The notes under the pieces: generated by a model
What the model saw: the letters and a program-made list of their open reading frames with translations, nothing else
Told to the model about the DNA's origin: nothing
Database searches by the model: none
Shown here: piece by piece, positions 53,799 to 64,000 of the stretch
How positions within the stretch are numbered: the first letter of the stretch is position 1
How the letters are laid out: every line of letters begins with the position of its first letter
Position numbers and translations under genes: made by a program
Origin: Octopus vulgaris
Taxonomy: Eukaryota
Direction of reading: 5' to 3'
DNA: 64,000 bases
NCBI GenBank assembly: GCA_951406725.2
Contig: OX597827.1
Coordinates: forward strand, 6,572,001 to 6,636,000

Positions 53799-55061
53799 CA
53801 GGTGTCCTGAAATTAGGGCAGCCAAAGATCTGGGCTTAATAACTATCAATAAATGTGATATGGAAATTATACATCATCATAAAAGCTTATTGTGCCTTCT
53901 TTTTTGTTTCAGACTCAATAAATTCAGATTTATAAATTAGGTAATGGCTATAGACTGAAGTACAATCATAACCCTTCACAAAGGAGGTGGAAGTAATACA
54001 ACTATAGCAAAAAAAGCTTAAAACTAACTGAACAACAGTCGGGAAAATTGTCGAGAAATTTCAAGAGACTTTTTCCAATGCTGACTGACTTGGACGTGGC
54101 CGAAAAAGAAATGTGCAGACCCCTCAGCTTATCAAAAGTATCAGAGAAAAGATAGTGAAATCTTCATTGTTCCATCAGAAAACTGGCTGCCACAGCAAAA
54201 ATAAGCTGAACATCGATATATCAAGTGCTGAAGGAGGACCCACTGTTGTGAGCTCATGCAAGTTTATAAGGTCATGAGGCTGGACAGAAGTTGTCTTAAC
54301 ATGCATCAGACTACTCAACTTGGTGTTCACTGATAAAAAGAAATTTGACATCAAACAAACAGTAAACCACTAGGATGACCAATTTTGGAGTGTATCTGGC
54401 TTTGTTGAGAGTAGACTCATAAATGGATGTCAAAATCCACAATTAGTTATGGTTCGGGTGGCTATGACAGCAACTGGAAAGTCTCATCTCGTTTTTGTGC
54501 CCTCAGGTGTTAAAGTCAACACCCAGCAATACATTAATGACATTCTGGAAGTTGAACTGCTTCCATGGATGAATGAGCACTTACAAGATGCAATTTAGAG
54601 CTTCCAACAGGACTTGGCATCCTACAGCTCCAGACAGACACAACACTGGATTCAGAAAAACAGTACATTGTTCATAAGCAAGGATGTATAGCCCTCAAGA
54701 AGCCCCAATCTCAATCCACTGGATTTTTTTGTTTGGTCCATTTTGGAGACAAGGGTCAGTCTTGAGCACTCCTCATGCTTCACTCAGTACTCTGAAGGCA
54801 AAACTGCATCAGGAATGGGCTTTGATTCTGCATTGGGAATGGGCTTCGATTTCACAAGAACAGTTGCATGCTGCATGTGAAGCACTCACACCGAGACTTA
54901 AGGTTGTGATTTTAAAAAGAGGTGGTCATATCGAATAAATGTGGTAGTGTCATGATTGCGTTTCCTTTACTATTGCATCGCAATACTCAGACCCGAAATA
55001 TAACAATATTTTGCTTTGGCAAAATTGAAAAATTTGGTCATCTTAATTCTGGGACACCCTG
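53799..55061 (+). mobile_element. Near-full-length decayed Tc1/mariner, DD37D (maT)-like
   Basis: TIRs CAGG(G)TGTCC..AATTA with TA flanks; VFTDKKKF, MVRVAM..GKSHLVFVPSGVKVNTQQY, FQQD...SPNLNPLDF (36 codons between the last two D residues in this copy). Confidence 0.85.
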
Positions 55062-56809
55062 TACATATGTCATATAAAGGTAATATTCAAGAACCAAGGT
55101 GTAGGAAGTTAGTAAATTCTGAGCACTCTGTAGAAGATATAAACAACAAGCACCTTCAAGGAAAAATAATGGTTTAATTACATAGAAGGTTATGAATTTT
55201 TCCCATCTTGAAGTTTGATAAGCTGAAAAAAGTTGTTTTATGATTCAGAGTTTGCATCTGGGGTGGCTGTGTATGAGCAATAAAAATCTGAAATTAGGGA
55301 ATGGAGTAGATAAATCCATATATTCCATGTATTATTTCTTCACAAATATGTTTTCCCTTTTGTTCTCTCACTCTGTGCTTTCTATGCATTTTCAATCAAA
55401 TCTCCTGCAAGTTAACATGAGATCCCTTGATGAAAATGTAACTCTTATTTGAATAAAGCATCTTTGGCCCAACAAGTAGCTAGCAGATTACCCTTCATTT
55501 GGGTAATTACGACTTCAAAGGTTCTGCTAACTATGAAGCATATGTAGCCTGGATTTTTATCTACTCCATTCCCAAAGTTAGTTCCTGATTGCCACTAGAG
55601 CTGGATTTAGGCATAAGTTAAACAAGCTACTGGCCTAAGGACTGAAAATCCAAAGTAGCCTCAAAACAGTAAAAAAGGTGAATATATATTTGTAAGACTT
55701 TCTACTGTAATTTTTTTATCAATGGGCCTCCAAGCTTAACATTGCCCAGGGTTTCACCACATCTCAATCTGACACCAATTGGTGCTTGTTTGAGCAGATC
55801 TGAAAAGATTAAAAATTCTCATAATATTAGTTTCAAATTTTGGCACAAAGCCAGCAGTTTTAGTGGGAATGGATACATTAATTGCATCCAACCCCAGGGC
55901 TCAACTGGTAATTATTTATGGTGAACTCAAAATGATGGAAGGCAAAGTTATCCTTGGTAGAATTTGAATTCAGCATCTACAGAGATGGAAGATATGCTGC
56001 TAACTTTGTCTGACATGATCTCAAATTTGCCAAACAACAACTTTCACCTCAACACAAAAGCATCCTGATCCAACCACTTGCACTGTGAACACAGAATGTC
56101 GTGCACATTTACAGCATTTTGGCACACCCATTTGCAGAGGTGGCTTGTTTATCACAAAAACCGACATTGAACAGATTTACTTCAGAAACAAGCAACACTT
56201 TGTAATATTTTTATCACTAACAACGACAACACTTCCATTAATCACTTAACAAACACCAACCTGTATATTTTATTTTCACACAAATACAAATCTTACTAAA
56301 TCACATATTCATTCTCAGTTACATGAGAAAACTTGAAATTCATCTACACGATCACTATATATATATATATCAATCATTTCATGACCATCTAGTTAAATCA
56401 ACTCCTGGAGTGTCTAAACTAACATTTCCCAACCACTTGCATGTTCATGAAAGATTGCTTCGGTTTCTTGGAAAAATAATGAGAAACAGTGGTAATTATA
56501 TTCAGGTGAAATTTTTAATCCATTTTTTAGCCATCATCATTGTTGTCGTTGTAGTCATCATCATCATCATCATTTTAATGTCCACTTTTCCATATTAGCA
56601 TGGACTGAACAAAATTTGTTGAGGTGGATTTTCTAATGCAAGATCTCTTTCTGGTCACCAACCCTCACCTGTTCCCAAGGAAAGTAATGTTTCCCCATGG
56701 TCAGACATGTTTTCACAGAAGCTTTGAAGGGAAGGATGCTGCTTGCATGACGTGACACACATTTACAATGTGATGTCAAAGCATGGAAATAGTAACACGC
56801 ACACACATA

Positions 56810-56845
<36 letters not shown>

Positions 56846-56871
56846 TGTATGTATGTATGTATGTATGTATG

Positions 56872-56925
<54 letters not shown>

Positions 56926-57434
56926 CAACAGGCTTCTTTCAGTTTCCGTCTACCAAATCCACTTACAAGGCTTTGGCCGGCCCAAAGCTATAGTAGAAGA
57001 CACTTACCCAAGGTGCCATGTGGTTGGTAAGCAAGCTACTTACCACACAGCCTCTCCTGCACCTACTCTTGAAGTTCAGTTTATTTACCATTACACATTA
57101 CAGTTTCCTACTCATACACTTGTGAGTTATAAAAGCGAAGTATAGTTTCATTACAGTTGAAATCCTAATCTGAGATAGTCATCAAATAAGTTCCAGTCAG
57201 CCAGTTTATCAGTTCATCCTCCATAGTTAACTATGGTTAATCACCCGATCATGACACTTTTACATGCCAACTGATAAACCATCCAACCAGCCAGCCACCT
57301 GACTAACCAGCCAACAGATGGCCAATACTGAGGTCAACTAATAACTTGTTACCTTGGCTATTCGTGTTATTCAGCTTCCTGAGTTTCACTTATCCGAACT
57401 AACATCATTCATACACTTACAATCTTGCTTACGA

Positions 57435-57813
57435 ACCATGTGGTTCCTGGTTCAGTCCCACTGCGTGGCACCTTGGGCAAGTGTCTTCTACTATAGCCTC
57501 AGGCCTTCCAAAGCCTTGTGAGTGGATTTGGTAGGTGGAAACTGAAAGAAGCCCGTCGTGTATATGTATATATATGAGTGTGTGTGTGTTTGTGTGTCTG
57601 TGTTTGTCCCCCCTACATCGCTTGACAACCGATGCTGGTGTGTTTGTGTCCCCGTAACTTCGTAGTTCAGCAAAAGAGACCAATAGAATAAGTACTGGGC
57701 TTACAAAGAATAAGTCCCGGGGTTGATTTGCTCGACTAAAGGTGGTGCTCCAGCACGGCCACAGTCAAATGACTGAAACAAGTAAAAGAGTAAAAGAGTA
57801 AAGAATAAAGAGT
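57435..57813 (+). mobile_element. SINE family A, slightly 5'-truncated; inverted 5' fragment at 56930-57065
   Basis: Family A consensus. Confidence 0.88.
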
Positions 57814-58743
57814 ATATCCATAATTCAATTTAATAAAGTTTGTGTTTTGCTATGACTTTAATCTTCTTGTTAGTATTTTCTATTTCTAAGGCAGTGAGCT
57901 GGCAGAATCATAACTGCACTGGTCAAAATACATAGCAGCATTTTGTTAGTCTTACCGTTCTGAGTTCAAATTTCTCCGAGGTCAACTGTGCCTTTCATCC
58001 TTTCAGGGTCGATAAAATAGGAACCAATTGAGCAATGGGGTTGATGTAATTGACTTACCTCATCCCCTGAAATTTCTGGCCTTGTGCTAAATTTTGAAAT
58101 CAATATTTTCCAATTTCTCAGCAAAATAACTTTCTTATTTCATTTTTAAATTACTACGTAGTAGCGTAAAAATATTGGAGAGAAAAAAGTAGTTGGAAAT
58201 TTTCTTGATTTACAAAAGTTCAATATTCCTTTCAAGATTGGCAAATCTTTTAGGGTATTGGGGCAAAATGATTTGTATTATTTAGTTTTAGACTTAAACT
58301 CTCAGAGTCCAAATCTGTTGAAGTTAATTTTTGACTTTCATCTTTTCAGGGTTGATAAAATCAATACAGTATCAGACAAGTACTAAGATCAATTTAATCA
58401 ATTATATTCCTTCCTCAAATTCAAGACCTTGTGGTATTCGTTTTTACATCAAATTTTTTGGTGAAGCTGTTTTACTGAATCAGTATCTGGCCAACTCTGT
58501 AAGTATATCATGAATAAAAGCATTGGTAAACCATGTAGTTTTCATTGACAAACCAATCATAAAAAAAAAACGGAACTTCCTATTTCTTACAAAGTTAAAC
58601 TAGAATAAAAATCTTACATTTTTTTTTCTAATAAAATCTTCATAATAAAATATAGCTATCTGCCATACATATTTGTTGGTTTAATATGTATGTAAAATAT
58701 ACAGTTTCTTTTAGTTTAAATATATCATTTACATATAAATTAG

Positions 58744-58777
<34 letters not shown>

Positions 58778-59649
58778 CATGCACATGCATACACATATAT
58801 ATGACATGTAAAATCTTCATGTAAGTTAACATATATGTGAACATACAATTTACATTTAAGCTAATGTGTTTGTGAAATATATAAGTGCAAATATTTGCAA
58901 GCAAGTTAACAAATATATGAAATATACCATTTACATATAAGTTAACGTATTTGTGAAATATATAATTCACATGAAAGAGTGAATACGTTCGAAAATATTT
59001 ATGCGATATCTCCTACAGGACTCAATTTAATATTTACATAACATATATAATATTAATGGTAATATTCTTTATTTCCTGAATTTGATAGTATTTTCAAAGT
59101 TTTAGTTTATATATGAAGCAAACATGTATATTAGTTTGGATGGTACATGGATACAAAGAGAGCTGTAGACAGATAAAATTAGTTAAGCATTTGTATCTTC
59201 AGAAATTATCATAGCATGATATTTAAATACCTATACATATTCTTGTCTCACCAATAAGTCTATTCCTATAAACATGTGTATGTGAGAAGGTGCATGAATG
59301 TAATGATTGGTATACCATGGCTATACTTGCCAGCAACAGTGATATGATGTTTACATTTCCTGTTGACTTTATGACTGATTGCTCTGTGATTTCAAAGACT
59401 TGTGGACTAAAAGACATTTCCCTTGAAAAACAAATAAAGGTTGGCAACAGAAAAGCATCCAGTCATAAAATCCTGCCTCAAGTAATTCCCAACTCAACCA
59501 ATGCTAGCAGAGAAAAATGGATGTTGACAAATGACCAGAGCTACCATAGCTCTTTTATAGAGACTGTATCTAACTTCCAGTATTAATAAGTTGGGTTTTT
59601 TTTAATGAGATAATTGACAATTTTTTCAGTATTATAGAATTTTCTAAAG

Positions 59650-60080
59650 CAGCAAGTTGGAAGAATTGTTAGCATATCAAGGGGAATATTCAGCAGCATT
59701 TCATGATTTAACATTTTGAATTCAAATTGTGCTAAGGTCGACTTTGCCTTTCATCCTTTCAGGGTCGATAAAATAAGTATCAGTCAAGCGCTGTGGTTAA
59801 TGTAATTGACTTATCTCTTCACCTGAACTTTCTGGCCTTGAACCAAAATTTGAAGCCATTATTATAGAATTTTCTAATGTGGCAAACTGACAGAATCGTT
59901 AGCACACCAGGAAAAATATTCAGCAGCATTTTGTTCATCTTTACATTCTGAGTTCAAATTCCACTAAGGTTGACTTTGATTTTCATACTTATGGGGTTGA
60001 TAAAATAAGTACCAGTTAAGCATTGAGGTTGTTGCAATAGACACCCCGCTTCCCCCAAAATTCAGGCCTTGTGTCTATAA
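59650..60080 (+). mobile_element. Two tandem diverged SINE family B copies
   Basis: Family B core twice, each preceded by ATTATAGAATTTTCTAA. Confidence 0.7.
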
Positions 60081-61454
60081 CAGAATGAAATATTACAGGA
60101 TTTTCTTCTGAAAAATCAAAGATAATCAAAAATCCTGCACACTTCCCAGCCTGCTCATCCTGCAGTGTATATTTTGGAGGTTTTATAAAGGTTAAAGAAT
60201 AATAAATTAAAATGATATCCAAAATTTTCTCATTTTTTCTCACATAATTCATATGATGATTTGACATATCCTTCCCTTTTTTTGGGCTTTTTTTTTTTTA
60301 CAGTACTTTTCATTTTCTCTAATCTTTTATATAATTCTTTGATTTTTAGTAGGTTATGAATTGTGCCTAACTCACAGGATGTCCTAGTAACCATTTCAGA
60401 ACTTGGAACATTAATTCAGATGCTAGTTTTTTCCATTTCTTCCTTCTTTCCTGTAACATTTCAGTTCTCTCCCTCTCTCTCTCTCCTTCTCTCTCTCTCT
60501 CTCTCTCTCTCTCCCCCCTCTCTCTACTACACATTTCTCCTTCTCCTAATGCTCTTTCTCATTTTCTCTACATCTTTCTCCACCCTCTTCTATCCTATCT
60601 CTCTTTCTCTTTCTACCTTTTTTCTCTTTCCTTATTAGAAAATTCAGTAAAAACATCTTCGCTGAAGGCTGTCATTGATTTAACATTTTGCAAAGCTACA
60701 AGTACGTGCAATCTATATATGTACGATACCTTCAGACCTTTCAGATTATTTCTTATTATTTAACTTTTATAGCCTATGATATGAGAGAGAGCATAGGTCT
60801 ACCCAACACAGGCAAAGAACATTGGGGATTATAATAATGAGTACGCTATACCATTTGAGGTGTTAATGTTCTTCGTGGTTTGGCCTTTTCGGTAATTGTT
60901 CTTTGCAAATACAACTGTTGCACATTTAACAATGAACCAGATTTAGTTGGTTTGGGGGAAAAAAGAAAAAAATATATATTCTTTGGTGATAACATAAAAC
61001 TGAAGAATATTTAAGCAAAATGGAGCAGACACATTTGTTATTCCTAAATATCTGGCATAAAATTTGTAAGAACTAAACCATTTAGATAATGAGTTTTTTT
61101 TATTTTTTTATTATTATATTTTTTTGACACTTTTATAGTTTATAGATGAGAGCAGCAGAGGATAAGAGTAACACTGACAGTAGCTTCATGTGGCCTTCCC
61201 TTTGCAGCATGCAGATAATGGCTCTGAAATAGATCCTGTATTTAAACCATAAGACACCATTTGTAGAAAGAACTGATGAATGACTTGACTAGTTTCACTC
61301 TGTAATTGTTAACTCATCGAATGTGTTTGACCCTTTCACATCCAGATTACTCAGTTAAATGTAATGCTTATTTATACACATTGCTTTAAATTAATTTTGA
61401 GTTATCTTGGTGCTTTGAGATTTCAGTAATATGATTGTTTGTATAAAATATGCT

Positions 61455-62059
61455 GTTCTTGAGAAGACTCGGCAAGCTCAAGTGAGACCATAACCTTGTG
61501 ACCTATGACAAGGGTGTAACCAGCCCACTTATGCATACCTTTCCTGCATTGGACACTAAAGTCTCCTTGCAAAGACCTGTTGAGACAAGCGAAATCGAAA
61601 TCAAATTCGATGACTGGCATCCGTGCTAGTGGAGTGCAAAGAGTACCATACGAGCATCATCATTGCCAGAGCAACAAACTGGCCTCCATGCCAGTGACAT
61701 GTAAAAAACACCATTCGAGCGTGATTGTTACCTGCGTCACCTTACTGGCACTTGTGCTGGTGGCACATGAAAAAACATTCAAGCGAGGTTGTTACCAGTG
61801 CTGCTGGACTGGCTCCTGTGCAGGTGGAACATAAAAGGCACCATTTGAGCATGGCTGTTGCCAGTACCGCCAGACTGGCCCTCGTGCCGGTGGCACGTAA
61901 AAGCACCCACTACACTCTTGGAGTGGTTGGCGTTAGGAAGGGCGTCCAGCTGTAGAAACTCTGCCAGATCAGACTGAAGTCTGGTGCAGCCATCTGGTTC
62001 ACCAGTCCTCAGTCAAATCATCCAACCCATGCTAGCACGGACAACAGACGTTAAAAACA

Positions 62060-62090
<31 letters not shown>
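61455..62090 (+). mobile_element. SINE family D, long form, inserted in a TTAA MITE (61331-62206)
   Basis: Ends ..CCAACCCATGCTAGCA..GACGTTAAA..(GAT)n; the flanks match the two halves of 37720-37938. Confidence 0.75.
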
Positions 62091-62091
<1 letters not shown>

Positions 62092-62606
62092 TTGTTTATT
62101 TTAAAAGTGACATTGCAGGATAGGAGCAAAAGGCCAGATCTGGGTAGTTTGAATGTAAAACTGATAGAATATTTTGGCTGGATATGGTTGGTTTAAATGC
62201 TAAAGGGATAAGTTATTTCTTTAAGCAGTAAACGATAAAAGCACCTCACAACCAATTATGAAAAATGTTGATTAAAAGGCATTGATTTTCCTTGTTTGCA
62301 TACCACTATATTTGGTAGTGGAGGACTAAATTTCTCTAACAGCATGTATTTTTACTATCTTTTACTACTTTCAGTCATAGCACTGAGACCATACTGGGGC
62401 ACTACTTTTGAGGAGTTTTTAGTTGAACCCATCAGCATATACTTTTTAAGGTCTGATACTTATCTTGTTGGTCTCTCTTCGCGTAACCTCTAAGGTATGA
62501 GAATGTAAAGGAATTAACAACGGTTGTCAAGTGGTGGTGTAGAGAGATGACAGAAACAGACACAATGACACATACACACATACACACTCATATAGACACA
62601 CACCTA

Positions 62607-62649
<43 letters not shown>

Positions 62650-62755
62650 ATAATAATATTAGGGAATAAATCCAAACTTACAGGGAAAAATGTATTGGCT
62701 TATGTTTTTCACTGTTTGATTTGCCTAATAGTGGTTTTATCTCTAATTTAATATA

Positions 62756-62800
<45 letters not shown>

Positions 62801-62801
<1 letters not shown>

Positions 62802-63125
62802 AATTTAAAATAATAAGGGTGAAAAATTGAATATTAATTTGATTAATATCAATTTAAAACCAGAGGTCTAGCATATTTAAAAATCTGAAGTTTCAGAATA
62901 AATTATATTACATACATATAAAAGGGATGACCTGTAAGTGGACATCCATTATGCTAGAAGAAGATCCACTATGGTCTTACCACTAAGAAAAGAATTTTCT
63001 CAAGAAAAATTTAGCATATGCCAGAATGTAATCGAGCAAGACAAATGAAAAGGTACAAAATATAGCAGATCTTTTTCTAGCATAATAGATGTCCACTTAC
63101 AGGTCATCCCTTTTATATGTATGTA
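62801..63125. mobile_element. Fold-back module between microsatellites
   Basis: Arms 62909-62966/63068-63125 with a spacer of about 100 bp. Confidence 0.7.
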
Positions 63126-63139
63126 TGTATGTATACACA

Positions 63140-63826
63140 CAGAGTGTTTTGGCTAAATTTGACGATTTTGATGTTTCTTTCTTCGGGAACAGTTTGATAT
63201 ATTGGTGAATAGTAAATGCATTGGAGAGTGTAAAGATTAAAGTTGTAATAGAGAAAAAATTTAGCTGACATGGAAGACTGCATCATGAGGATTTGTGTCA
63301 GCTATCAAAATGCCAACATCATGACTGCTGCTCAATGCTGTGTAAAGAATATAAAGGCCATAAGACATGACATGGACATCATGAAAACTCGATGCCTCCA
63401 AACCATAATAGTCTTTAGGTGTGTCGCCAGTAAGGATGATGTTATGCCAACACACAGCTTCAAAACAGGGCATTGGGCACAATTCAGAGAGCTATGAGTA
63501 ACTGTGTGGAGACTATGGGTCAATCCCTCTTAGAAGGAGTTGCTGTTGGCAGACCAAATGTTTTGGCAGCGGGATTTGACTCTTTGCAGTACCTCCCAAA
63601 AGAGTCATAAGTGGTTGTCAGATAATTTCTGTAACTTCATCAGCCCCGATTTTTGGCCTCCTAATTCTCCTAATTGTAAACCTATGGATTATTGCATGTT
63701 GGATGCAGCTGAGAAAAAACACCAACTGTTTTGTCTGCAATGCCAAAGCCAAGCTGGTGGCCAAGATCAAGAAGCTGTTTGAAGATTTTCCCAAGGACAC
63801 AATGAGGAATGTGCACACCAAGTTCC
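63140..63826 (+). mobile_element. Decayed DD37D (maT)-like Tc1/mariner fragment
   Basis: WQRD..CSTSQKSHKWLSDNFCNFISPDFWPPNSPNCKPMDY motif. Confidence 0.75.
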
Positions 63827-64000
63827 ATATAAATATGTGTTTATATTGAGTGCTACTAGTAACATGTAACCCGATACAACCTGTTGCATGGTCGGGTCGT
63901 CGGCGACTAAACCTGCAACCCCACCAAGCTTTCTTGGTGAGGAGGGTATTTATTGGACACCCTGCAGAATGAAAAGCAAAACCCGTCAAAGGGCAGAGGA

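Noticed and set aside
63845-64000. Possible RTE LINE 5' UTR with an HDV-like ribozyme
   Set aside because: Truncated by the window edge, and I could not fit the HDV nested pseudoknot.

Overview
AT-rich, microsatellite-dense eukaryotic non-coding DNA. The SINE families look like those of Octopus (recognised from memory, not searched). I cannot support any intact host gene, RNA gene or CRISPR array, and most ORFs in the track are translations of (TA)n/(CA)n/(TACA)n/(GGT)n repeats. The window is a mosaic of four SINE families, decayed Tc1/mariner (mariner, DD37D/maT-like) elements, hAT- and piggyBac-type MITEs, and RTE and CR1 LINE 3' ends. It also holds a 5'-truncated Penelope-like element (PLE) with a GIY-YIG ORF. 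The most interesting signal is a set of small, unrelated, mostly microsatellite-associated modules. Several carry type I hammerhead ribozyme motifs with short palindromic helix III (1232-1287, 3045-3079, 14487-14521, 26494-26579 minus, 48717-48777). Several form long fold-back palindromes (805-1123, 30763-31009, 39932-40275, 48602-48816, 62909-63125). Together they suggest a diverse population of ribozyme-bearing, PLE-mobilised mini-elements.
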